A stretch of 64,000 bases of DNA from Octopus sinensis (lineage: Eukaryota). Numbering within the stretch: position 1 is the stretch's first letter; every line of letters begins with the position of its first letter. A model generated the notes under the pieces. The model searched no databases and was not told the origin of the DNA. It was given only the letters and a program-made list of their open reading frames with translations. The stretch covers positions 74,896,001 through 74,960,000 of the forward strand of contig NC_043006.1 of the NCBI RefSeq assembly GCF_006345805.1. The letters run 5' to 3'. Made by a program: the position numbers and the translations under genes. Of the stretch, positions 38,528 through 50,690 are shown in pieces.

Positions 38528-39025
38528 TTCATAAATGAGGGCAAAGGAAACAAATTATAATGCCAAATATGCCGAAAAATTGGACATATTGTCCATTAAC
38601 CATATAATTCTTTCACAATACGCACGCTACTCGAAAAAAGGTCGACAGAAATTTCTAAAAAATTCCATTATTACCATATCAGACCGATTTCAGAGTTAGC
38701 TACTAAGAGCCCTCTCTTCGTCAGTGATACATGTGACAAAAGAAATAAATGAGATACTTACTCATACCCATATACTCATACATGGGTATGAGTAAGTATC
38801 TCATTTATTTCTTTTGCCACATGTATCACTGACTAAGAGTGGGTTCTTAGTAGCTAACTCTGAAATCGGTCCGATATGGTAATAATGGAATTTTTTAGAA
38901 ATTTCTGTCGACCTTTTTTCGAGTAGCGTGCGTATTGTGAAAGAATTATATGGTTAATGGAAAATATGTCCAATTTTTCGGCATATTTGGCATTAGAATT
39001 TTTTTTCTTTGCCCTCATTTATGAA
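38528..39025. repeat. Long palindrome of a ~244-bp HHR-bearing element (arms 38528-38771 and 38782-39025)
   Basis: Near-perfect reverse complement with the 10-nt spacer ATACTCATAC. Confidence 0.95.
38675..38731 (-). ncRNA. Type I hammerhead ribozyme with intact core
   Basis: TGTATCA-CTGACGA-AGAG[18 nt]CTCT-GAAA-T[CG]G-T-C-TGATATG; GUC triplet. The mirror copy at 38822-38878 (+) has G8T and a stem I mismatch. Confidence 0.75.
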
Positions 39026-39134
39026 TTGTTTATAAATTTAACCGTTAAAGGTATTTTTTAATATGCTGGCCACACTGATGAAATTTTTTTGGAGAAAATA
39101 TATTTTTTTTCGAAAAGAATTTTATCCTCACATT

Positions 39135-39221
<87 letters not shown>

Positions 39222-39618
39222 TATGTGTATGCAGATATACAGACATATGTTTGTGTGTGTGCATCAGTGTCTACATTTGTCACCGCCTTCCGCTTGACAA
39301 ACTATGTCGGTTTGTTTATGTCCACGCAACGTTGGGGGTTCAGCAAAAGTGATCGATAGAATAAACAGCAGACTTTAAAAAGAAAAGTATTACAAAGCAT
39401 AAGTACTGGAAGCCGATTTATTCGATTAAAACCCTTCAAAGCCGTACCCCCCAGGATAGCATGGCCGCAGTCCAATGACTGAGACGAAGCAAAAAAAAAA
39501 AATAAAGTAAAAATAATAATAAATAAAAATAAAAACACATTCGCACAAAAACACAACAACGATAAAAAAACAACTAAACAACGAAAATCATAAACTACGA
39601 GTTCCAGAAATATTATTA

Positions 39619-39728
<110 letters not shown>

Positions 39729-40392
39729 TATTATTTGTTTATTTATTCATTTTTGCTCCCACCCCACGTTTCACGGTTTTGGTTGTTTAAATTGGCGTTT
39801 ACAAACCCTAAACCGTAATTAGATTAGATTCCCTTTTCATTGGCTAACAAATACCGAAAAAGTAATGCAGATTAAATGGATATTGATTGGAAGCTTCCAG
39901 AACAAACAGGGAAGAATTCCGTCTCAGTCCAGTTCAAATAGATCTGAACGGTTCGTGCCAGAAATGAAATATCTTCTGTCTCCATTATTCGCAGATTGCA
40001 TACACCAAGTCATGAACAGATGTTTTTATTTTCATATTATTTATAAGTTGTTGTTGTTGCTGTCGTCGTCGTAGTCGTCGTCGTTTTTGTTGTTGTCATC
40101 ATCAACATCATCGCCAACATCACCACCGCGACCACTACGACCACTACCACAACCACCACCACCACCGCCACTACCACCACTACCACAACCACCACCGCCA
40201 CCATCATCATCATAGATGTCATTGTTGTAATCATTGTTTTTATTACTATCATCATCATCATCATTATCATTATCATTATCATCATCATCATCGTCGTCGT
40301 CGTCGTCATCGTCATTATTGTCATCGTCGTCATCGTCATCATCATCATCATAATCATCATCATCATCATCATCATCATTATTATTATTATTA

Positions 40393-40943
40393 TTGAGTGA
40401 GAGAGCAGTTCATGACATCAAAGTGACACTGGGGTAAAATATACGAAGCCCAATATACCCATCATGACTACCCGTCTGATAAAGGTACACCAGGCACATG
40501 CATCACAACCATATGTGCGCGACATGGTGATCTCATATCAAGATAAACAGCACATGACCTTGCAGGTGGGGCCCAGTTAGAATTTTCTTCAGGTTGAGTA
40601 GCCCATCCCGCTCAAACGGTCCCTGAATAAGGGTTGTTTAATGATGTTGAAAGAACCACCCATGTTTCCAGAGGTGAACTATTCAAACCCCAAAGAATCC
40701 CTCTTAACACATGGCTATGATGCTCCCCCACTACTTCTGCTCGTGATCAGAGATGCACATATCGTCAGCCACTAAGGGACATGCTCAACTGGTTAAGGTC
40801 AAACAACTGACAAGCAAATCTGTGGTATTGAGCAGAATATTTGCTGTAGCCCATCTTTTATACCAAGACAAAACAATGTACATGATAACACTTCCAATCA
40901 GTTAGGATCAGAAGCCATGAGAGCCACTGCCTGGTACTGCATC

Positions 40944-40966
<23 letters not shown>
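40393..40966 (-). mobile_element. Non-coding retroelement fragment embedded in (ATT)n; shorter copy at 41537-41907
   Basis: Both copies share the left end TGAGTGAGAGAGCAGT and differ in right-end truncation, as expected for minus-strand 5' truncation. Confidence 0.65.
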
Positions 40967-40992
<26 letters not shown>

Positions 40993-41000
40993 TATTATTA

Positions 41001-41031
<31 letters not shown>

Positions 41032-41033
<2 letters not shown>

Positions 41034-41385
41034 GGCGGCGAGCTGGCTGAATCGCTAGCGTGCCTGGTGAAATGCTTAGGGGTATTTCGTCTGCCGCTAC
41101 GTTCTAAGTTCAAATTCCGCCGAGGTCGACTTTGCCTTTCATCCTTTCGGGGTCGATTAAATAAGTACCAGTTACGTACTGGGGTCGATATAATCAACTT
41201 AATCCGTTTGTCCTCTCTGTGTTTAGCTCCTTGTGGGTAGTAAAGAAATAGGTATTTCGTCTGTTTTTAAGTTCTGAGTTCAAATTCCGTCGAGGTCGAC
41301 TTTGCCTTTCATCCTTTCGGAGCCAATAAATTAAGTACCAATTGCGTACTGGAGTCGACCTAATCGACTTACCTCCTCCGCAAAA
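41032..41385 (+). mobile_element. SINE family A, dimeric
   Basis: Head plus two tandem bodies. Confidence 0.85.
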
Positions 41386-41386
41386 G

Positions 41387-41457
<71 letters not shown>

Positions 41458-41473
41458 TACTATTATAATTATA

Positions 41474-41523
<50 letters not shown>

Positions 41524-41905
41524 CATTATTATTATTGAGTGAGAGAGCAGTGCATGCCATCAAAGTTACACTGGGGTAAAATATACGAAGCCCAGTATAC
41601 CCATCATGACTACCCGTCTGATAAGGGTACACTAGGCACATGCATCACAACCATATGTGCGCGACATGGTGATCTCATATCAAGATAAACAGCACATGAC
41701 CTTGCAGGTGGGGCCCAATTAGAATTTTCTTCAGGTCGAGTAGCCCATCCTGCTCAAAAGGTCCCTGAATAAGGGTTGCTTTAGGATGTTGAACGACATA
41801 CCCATGTTTCCAGAGGTGAATTATTCAAACCCCAAACAATCCCTCTCAACACACGCCTATGATGCTCCCCGACTACTTCTGCTCGTGATCAGAGATGCAC
41901 ATATC

Positions 41906-41944
<39 letters not shown>

Positions 41945-41953
41945 TATTAGTAT

Positions 41954-42009
<56 letters not shown>

Positions 42010-42228
42010 TCCAAGGTGGCGAGCTGGCAGAATCGTTAGCACACCGGGCAAAATCCTTAGCAGCATTTCGTCCGTCTTTACTAGAATCAACTTTACCTGT
42101 CATCGTTTCGAGATCGATAAATGAAGTACCAGTCAAGTTCTAGGGTCGATGTGATCGACTATCCACCTCCCTTCGAATTCCAGGCCTTGTGCGTGAATGA
42201 GCAATATACATTTACAGAGAGAATGCGG

Positions 42229-42352
<124 letters not shown>

Positions 42353-42773
42353 TAAGTTTACAATGAGAAAAGCGAAAAATGAAAGAGATAGACAAATAGA
42401 GAGAGAAAGAGAGGGAGAAAAGGAAAAGAGAGGGAGAGAGAGATCTTTTACTGTCACAGATTTTGAAATTTTTAAATCCAGTGAAAAATTTTCAAAGTTG
42501 ATATATTGATGTAGATTTATACGTTGAATATTGTGATACATTTATTCAAGAAAATTTTTTTTTTTAAGGGTTACAGAGGTTTAAAATTTGATCATTAAAA
42601 TCAGATTAGAAAACAGAATTCGGAAGCTAAGCAATTCGTGCGTGATAAGTTGTATCAGAATATGAAAGTAAACATTTCGAGACGAGTTTTAAACAAAATA
42701 AAAACAATGCTTGGGAGAAAATACATATTTAGACGGGGAGGGAGAGAGGGGGAGCAGTAATATAGTGTGGTAA

Positions 42774-42869
<96 letters not shown>

Positions 42870-42871
<2 letters not shown>

Positions 42872-43250
42872 GGAGGCGCAATGGCCCAGTGGTTAGGGCA
42901 GCGGACTCGCGGTCATAGGATCGCGGTTTCGATTCCCAGACCGGGCGTTGTGAGTGTTTATTGAGCGAAAACACCTAAAGTTCCTCGGGCTCCGGCAGGG
43001 GATGGTGGTGATCCCTGCTGTACTCTTTCACCACAACTTTCTCTCACTCTTATTTCCTGTTTCTGTTGTACCTGTATTTCAAAGGGCCGGCCTTGTCACT
43101 CTCTGCGTCACGCTGAATATCCCCGAGAACTACGTTAAGAGTACACGTGTCTGTGGAGTGCTCAGCCACTTACACGTTAATTTCACGAGCAGGCTGTTCC
43201 GTTGATTCGGATCAACCGGAACCCTCTTCGTCGTAACCGACGGAGTGCTT
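42870..43250 (+). mobile_element. SINE family B, full length
   Basis: tRNA-like head with A and B boxes; complete tail. Confidence 0.9.
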
Positions 43251-43479
43251 CTCTTCTTATATAGAGAGGAGATGGTGCAAAAGAGAAGGATTGATGGTAA
43301 TATCTAGAGATGGGAAATTTGTCGAAATAAAAGTTCAGCCATTTCTCGTAGCAACGTTCTGTCTAGGATGCAACTTTCGAAAACCAAATTCGTTTTTCTC
43401 GAGGATGCACCGTTTCTGAGCCTCTCGGGGTTAAACACATGCATAACCACATACACTCTCATTTATATTGCAGATATTC

Positions 43480-44320
43480 ATGTACATACATGCATACATA
43501 CAAATGTATGCATACAGAGATACACACACACACTCATACACTTACGTACACACGCACACATACACGCACGCACACACACACACACATACACACTTTCGCT
43601 CAAACACACGCACACACACACAAACACACATACGGAAACTTATACACACAGGAACACACGCATACACACACACACACACGCAGGCACACTCAGCGTCAGA
43701 CACACACACACACACACAGACGTACGAACACACACACAAACACACACACATGCGCGCACACACATACATGCACTCATGCTCTCTCTCTCTCTCTCACACG
43801 CACACATACACACACACATACACACACACATACACGCATGCTTACACACACACACACATACACGCATGCTTACACACCACACAGACGTACGAACACACAC
43901 CCACAAAACACACTCACATGCGCGCACACACATCACATTCACTCATGCTCTCTCTCTCTCTCACACCACACATACACACACACATACACGCATGCTTACA
44001 CACACACACACATACACGCATGCTTACACACACACACAGACGTACGAACACACACACAAACACACTCACATGCGCGCACACACATACATGCACTCATGCT
44101 CTCTCTCTCTCTCACACACACACACATACACACACACATACACGCATGCTTACACACACACACACATACACGCATGCTTACACACACACACAGACGTACG
44201 AACACACACACAAACACACTCACATGCGCGCACACACATACATGCACTCATGCCTCTCTCTCTCTCACACACACACACATACACACACACATACACGCAT
44301 GCTTACACACACACACATTT
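43480..44320. repeat. CA-rich higher-order minisatellite (~150-bp units)
   Basis: CAGACGTACGAACAC..CATGCGCGCAC..CTCATGCTCTCTC..CACGCATGCTTAC recurs about 4 times. Confidence 0.85.
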
Positions 44321-44479
44321 CCGTTCAGAGCAGACAGTTAGGTCTGCTCAGTATTTTTACGAGTTCGAAATGGCAGACTCTATTTTTAAATGGAAGACAT
44401 TGGAAGACAGAAATCAATAAATGAGAGAAATTAAATTAAAACAAATAAAATTCAAATATGTTATTCTTTCGAATAGTCT

Positions 44480-45065
44480 CGCCGTCGCCACCACCACCAC
44501 TACCATCACCATCACCATCACCACCACGGCCGCAATCACTACCTCCACCACCATCACCGCCGCCGCCACCACCACTTCAATCATCACTACCATCACCACT
44601 ACCACCACCACCACTTCCATCATAACTACCACCACCATTAGTACCATCACAACCACCGCCACTACCACAAACATCACCACCATCACTACCATCACCACTA
44701 TCACCACTATCACCACCACCACCACCACCACCACCGCCACGACCAGCGCCGCCGCCGCCGCCGCGCCGCCACCTCCGCCACCACCACACCCACTCCGCAA
44801 TCACTAACCACCAACCATCACCTCACCCGTCCGCCCCACCACACCGCACTTCAATCATCACTACCATCACCACCACCATCACCACCACCACTTCCATCAT
44901 CACTACCACCACCATTAGTACCATCTCCACTATCACCACCACCACCACCAACACCACCACCAACACCACCACCAACACCGCCGCCACCACCCACCGCCGC
45001 CGCCGCCACCACCACCACCACCACCGCCACCGCCACCACCACCACCACCACCACCACCACCACCA
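44480..45065. repeat. (ACC)n low-complexity tract with an internal duplication
   Basis: CACTTCAATCATCACTACCATCACC block occurs twice. Confidence 0.85.
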
Positions 45066-45447
45066 TATTTCTTTTATCAATATTTATCTATGCATTATTG
45101 CCCCTCTTTTCATCTTTTCATCTTTTCACTTTAATGTTGTTAATTATATAAAAAACTGATTAATTAGGAAAAAATAAAATACAAAAAAATAAACCACGGA
45201 AATGGAATTCTACAATTATTATATATTTGCGAATAACAGGAAAGACGGAGCGGCGGTAGAATGGTTATGTAGCTTACATGTGTGTATGTGAGTGTGAGTG
45301 TGTGTGTGTGAGTGTGTGAGTATGCGTGTGAGCGAGTGTGTGTGTTTTCATATGTTTATGCGTATGTTTCTATATTTGAATATGCATGTAAATATGTCTG
45401 TATATATTTATTATATACATATATATATATGAGAATACATTCGTGTG

Positions 45448-45486
<39 letters not shown>

Positions 45487-45489
45487 AAA

Positions 45490-45644
<155 letters not shown>

Positions 45645-45899
45645 TATATATATGCATATAATGTATATATATATAATCAGCCGAAATTGCGAGGATGATC
45701 GGGTTCTTGACTGAAGATTAGAGGCTTCGAATGACCCGTCCGTTTTTTGTGTCGTCTATTTGAATGTTTTGCGTTCTTGTCCCATTTTGTGTTTTTATAT
45801 ATATTTTTTATACATATATATATGTGTGTGTGTGTGTGTGTATAATATAAATAATCTGTAAATGTAATATGTGACAATTATTCGGTAGCCATGATGGCC

Positions 45900-45961
45900 G
45901 GATAACTGAAGAGATGGTGGCGCGGATTTCCACCTCGGCATCAAAAACTCAGAGTTTTACC
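45900..45961 (+). ncRNA. Degenerate type I hammerhead capping an inverted repeat
   Basis: GG(A)TAA-CTGAAGA-GATG/GTGG..CCAC/CATC-AAAAAC (GAAAC expected)-T[CAG]A-GT-T-TTACC. Confidence 0.5.
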
Positions 45962-47146
45962 TTGGCTACCGAATAATTGTCACATATTACATTTGCAGAT
46001 AAATTCCTCTATTTACATAATATCGAGGTCTCTTTCTTTCTTTTGTTATCTTACCGTTTTTACCAATATAATATAAATAATATATAAATATATGCATATA
46101 TAAATACATATATGTACATACCTACATATATATGTATATACACATGCATATATGGGTAAAGGACATCAAAAGAACGTTGAACACAATGCGAAACGAAAAC
46201 ATAAAAACAAAAACATAGAAACGAACTTTTTTTTCGAACAACGGAAAAAACCAGAGAAACGAGACATGCAACATAAAGAATATTCCCCTTCTTCAGTTGT
46301 CCCTGTTTCATCTACTCCGCGTTTCGATATATATATATATATTTCTTTTATTTCTTTTACCTGTGTCAGTCATTTGACTGCAGCCATGCTGGAGCACCGC
46401 CTTTAGTCGAACACATCGCTTCTCTAGCACTTATTCTTTGTAAACGTAGTACTTATTCTATCGGTCACTTTTGCCAAACCGCTCATTTACGAGGACGTAA
46501 ACATGCCAATATCGACTGTCAAGCAATGTTGAGAGGAGAAACACAGACACCCAAATACATACATACATACATACATACATACATACATACATACATACAT
46601 ACATACATACATACATACATACATACATACATACATACATACATACATACATACATACGTACATACATACGTACGTACGTACATACATATATACAGAAAC
46701 ATGAACACACACACACACAACTGTTCTGTTAGCCTCGTCTTGATCCATCCAAAATCACACTCTTCTAGCTCTTCTGACGTCATGAAGCTCCCTTATATTT
46801 AATCATCTATGTCTAGCGGTTTGGCGACTAGTTTATCCTGTCCATGATCTTAGGGTCTTTGGTTGTATTCTTGGACCAGGAATCACGTTGTGTCCTTGAG
46901 CAAGGCATTTCAGTCTACTCATCTGAATTATGTACCTACCGAATGCTGGCCTCTGTCTTCCTACTGCAGCTGTTACATCCTGGATGCTCCACCGGAACAA
47001 ATGTTGGGATCTGAGAGTGTGTCTGTGCCAACTTAGACTACATTGGCACCTCAAGCAATTAACATAATTATGATACATACTACTAAGTCATACTCGCCAG
47101 TGGCTGATAGATTTTGTGTGAAAAACCGGAGCAGTAACCATATATT

Positions 47147-47513
47147 ATTACCCCCGCCTTAGCGAAGGCGGAGGTATTGTTTTCAGTCGTGTTTGCTTGT
47201 TTGTCCGTGGACAAGATATCTCAAGAACCACTGAATGGATTCAAATGAAACTTTCAAGGATGTTTGGCCGCGTGATTGGCACGAACTGATTAGATTTTGG
47301 TATTGATCTGGTACCGGACAAGGATTCTGGATTATTTTTCCTGTCTTTTTACTTAATTTTTGAGAGCAGTCTGGTTCATTTTTACTATTCTCGTTTGTGA
47401 GAGCGGTCGAGTTTATTTTAGATTTTCTCATTTTAAAAATCATATCTAGCTAATCGTTGAGAGAACGTTGGCGTTGCCTTGGCAGAGGTTTGCGCTCTCT
47501 GAGTGCTCTTGTT
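47147..47513 (+). mobile_element. Helentron-associated non-autonomous element (HINE-like)
   Basis: 5' hairpin CCGCCT-TAGCGA-AGGCGG; 3' GCCTTGGCAGAGG followed by the stem-loop GCGCTC-TCT-GAGTGC; T-rich flanks. Confidence 0.65.
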
Positions 47514-47549
47514 ATTATTTGCAGTAAATCGTCTCGTCTGTGACTGTTC

Positions 47550-47765
47550 ATGGCTTTAGCTTGAATTGATAATCTTTCCCCATACTAGTCGGTTCTTCGC
47601 TTGGGTTTGCCATTTATTATGATCAATTCTTTTCCACTTCATGTTCCTCTTTGCAGTATTTATGAATCTCAGTCTAGGACTCCCATGGCTTCTTTTCCCC
47701 TTGCATATTCGGGAGTAAAGGAATTGTCTGGGGTGTCTGCTGTTGTCCATCTTCTCTCTCAATTA
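47550..47765 (-). mobile_element. RTE-clade LINE 3' fragment
   Basis: RHPRQFLYSRICKGKRSHGSPRLRFINTAKRNMK...WQTQAKNRLVW. Confidence 0.8.
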
Positions 47766-48272
47766 TCGTAAATTTCTACCAGTGCCGATTTCCATCATAT
47801 GAGGCAGACCAAGAAAGCATATAGACTGTTTTATCACGGGCCCTTGAAGGAGAAAGCCGATAAGGCTGACCGAAAAGTGACTGGGTGATAGATATTTGTA
47901 AGGGATTTCTGAACGTTAAAATAAACGACGTGATAAATAAGGGACTTCGATATGGATGGCCTATGATCGAACCTTTTGGAATGATTTTTTTATTTGGTGC
48001 TTCTAAGTCATAATGTGAAGATAAAAAAAAAAAAAACTCTGAATATTCTCACAACTTAATACACCTGGTGCAATACTCAGGGCCGAGTTAAGACACAGAG
48101 AGGCCCAAGACACTTAGAAGATTTTGGTGCCATCGCGCCATATATATATGTAATTTAAAATATAAACAATAATAAACCATAAAAGAAATTTTGATTTTTC
48201 AAAATGAAACAAAACGAAGAGTAAGATGGAAAATAACGTATATTTTTGTATACTTCCACGCACACACACACG

Positions 48273-48366
<94 letters not shown>

Positions 48367-48390
48367 ATTTACTACACACTTTTTAATGAT

Positions 48391-48463
<73 letters not shown>

Positions 48464-48549
48464 ATATATTACAGGTATGTCAAATTTTCCATTTGTCGTC
48501 TTTTTATTTAACCCTGAATATATATACATATATATACACACACACATAT

Positions 48550-48585
<36 letters not shown>

Positions 48586-48879
48586 AAACATACACATATG
48601 CGAATTTGTGTGTCCGTATGCATCATAGCGACAAGTTGCATCTCTGTATTTCAAAACGTTTAAAAGGATATTAGCGATTCGATTTTGATCGATAACATAC
48701 ATACCAAACTGAAATAAGTACAAGCGTTTGTATGTTTGAGTATATCTATTGACGTCAGAGCTACAACATGGCCGTGATCCGTTGACTAAAAGCAGTTAAA
48801 ATAAAAGATGAATAGAATGGTGTCTACTGAACATGGTTCCCAAATCGTCTCTAGTAACTTCTATGCCACAATTGGTATC

Positions 48880-49455
48880 AAATTTTGGCACAAGGATAGT
48901 AGTTTCGTTCGATTGAATCGACGCTAGTGTTCAACTGGTACTTATTATATCGAACCCGGAAGTATGAAAGGAAAAGTCGACCTCGGGTAATTTGAGCTCA
49001 GAACGTATAGGTGGACGAAATGTCGCTAGGCATTTTGTCTAGCTAACGATTCTTATTTCTTTACTGCCCACAAAGGCTAAACATAGAGGGGATAAACAAG
49101 GACAGACAGACGGATTAAGTCGATTATATCGACCCCAGTGCGTAACCGGTACTTAATTTATCGACCCCGAAAGGATGAAAGACAAAGTCGACCTCGGCGG
49201 AATTTGAACTGAGATCGTAGCCGCAGACGAGGTACCAATTTTTTTACTGCCCACAAAGGGGTAAACACAGAGGAGACAAACAAGAACACACAGGCGGATT
49301 AAGTCGATTTTATGGACCCCAGTGCGTAACTGGTACTTAATTTATCGACCCCGAAAAGATGAATGGCAAAGTCGACCTCGGAGGAATTTGAACTCAGAAC
49401 GTAACGGCAGGCGAAATACGGCTACGCATTTCGCCCGGCGTGCTAACGTTTCTGG
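48880..49455 (-). mobile_element. SINE family A, head-to-tail trimer
   Basis: The AAAGTCGACCTCGG..ATTTGA body occurs three times at ~190-bp spacing. Confidence 0.85.
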
Positions 49456-49749
49456 TTAGATACCAACCCTTCGTTAATCACATGGGGTGTGTTGTCACGC
49501 CAATCTTTTTTTAAATGCTCGTAATTTCTAGTTAGCAGCATATATTTTTTGCGCCCTTCCTCTACTCTTCTGACTCAGTGAGGGTGTTTCAGATGGTGTG
49601 GAGCAGTCGTGGTGCAGTCATGGCTCAGTTGTGAGAGGTAGACGTCATTTTTGTCTAGTCACTCCATGTAACTAACGTAGTTCAAGTTTTGATTCGATGC
49701 ATATTGTAACGGAGACTGCCTCTTATGTTATTTCTTTGAATATGCTTTA

Positions 49750-49976
49750 CTCTCTCTTTTACTCTTTTACTTGTTTCAGTCATTTGACTGTAGTCATGCT
49801 GGAGCCCCGCCTTTAGTCGAGCAAATCGACCCCGGGACTTATTCCTTGTAAGCCTAGTACTTATTCTATCGGTCTCTTTTGCCGAACCGCTAAGTTACGG
49901 AGACGTAAACACACCAGCATCGGTTGTCAAGCAATGTCGGGGGGGACAAACACAGACACACAAACATAATCACACG

Positions 49977-50010
<34 letters not shown>

Positions 50011-50135
50011 CGACGAGCTTCTTTCAGTTTCCATCTACCAAATCCCCCCACAAGGTGCCACGCAGTGGGACTGAACCTGGAACTATGTGGTTGGTAAGCA
50101 AGCTACTTACCACACAGTCAATCCTACGCCTATGT
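49750..50135 (-). mobile_element. SINE family C with an internal deletion
   Basis: Homologous to 37793-38214. Confidence 0.85.
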
Positions 50136-50419
50136 TAACATTCATCATAGATATTAAAAAATTCCACAAAATGGTGTATTCTGTGAGTATTTTCAAAATA
50201 AATACGATCTGAAGCTAAGATTTTTTTTTAGTTTTTCCTTAATTTTATAATATATTTCATAGTATTGTTTTATATTATTATCAATCAGCTGCAAGGGTTT
50301 CAAACTTCTTAACACTGATTGCAGACATGCAGACATATCCTGAACAACAGAATGACTATATTTTGCATAATACTAAAACTAGAAAGATTTTTGTATTAGA
50401 GTGCGTAAACATCCCAAGT

Positions 50420-50690
50420 GAGGAGGCACATGGCCTAGTGGTTAGAGCAGCGGATTCGCGGTCGAGGGATCGCGGGTTCGAATCTCAGACCGGGTGATGT
50501 GTGTGTTTATGAGCGAAACACCTAAGCTCCCCGTAACTCCGGCACAAGGTAATGGCGAACTTCTGCTGACTCTTTCGCCACAACTGTCTCTCACTCTTTC
50601 CTCCTGCATCTTGTAGCTCACCTAAGACGGACCGGCGTCCTGTCCAGGTGGGGAACCTGTTACGCCAAGGAAACCGGGAAACCGGCCATC
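50420..50690 (+). mobile_element. SINE family B variant
   Basis: GGCACATGGCCTAGTGG head and GGTTCGAATC B box. Confidence 0.85.

Noticed and set aside
42870-42945. tRNA gene (and similar heads at 9831, 25341, 34281, 50420, 56950)
   Set aside because: A and B boxes are present, but there is no closed cloverleaf or acceptor stem and each continues into a SINE body.
43368-44424. Three overlapping 300-350-aa ORFs
   Set aside because: Translations of CA/CT minisatellite (His/Thr runs); all frames are open only because of composition.
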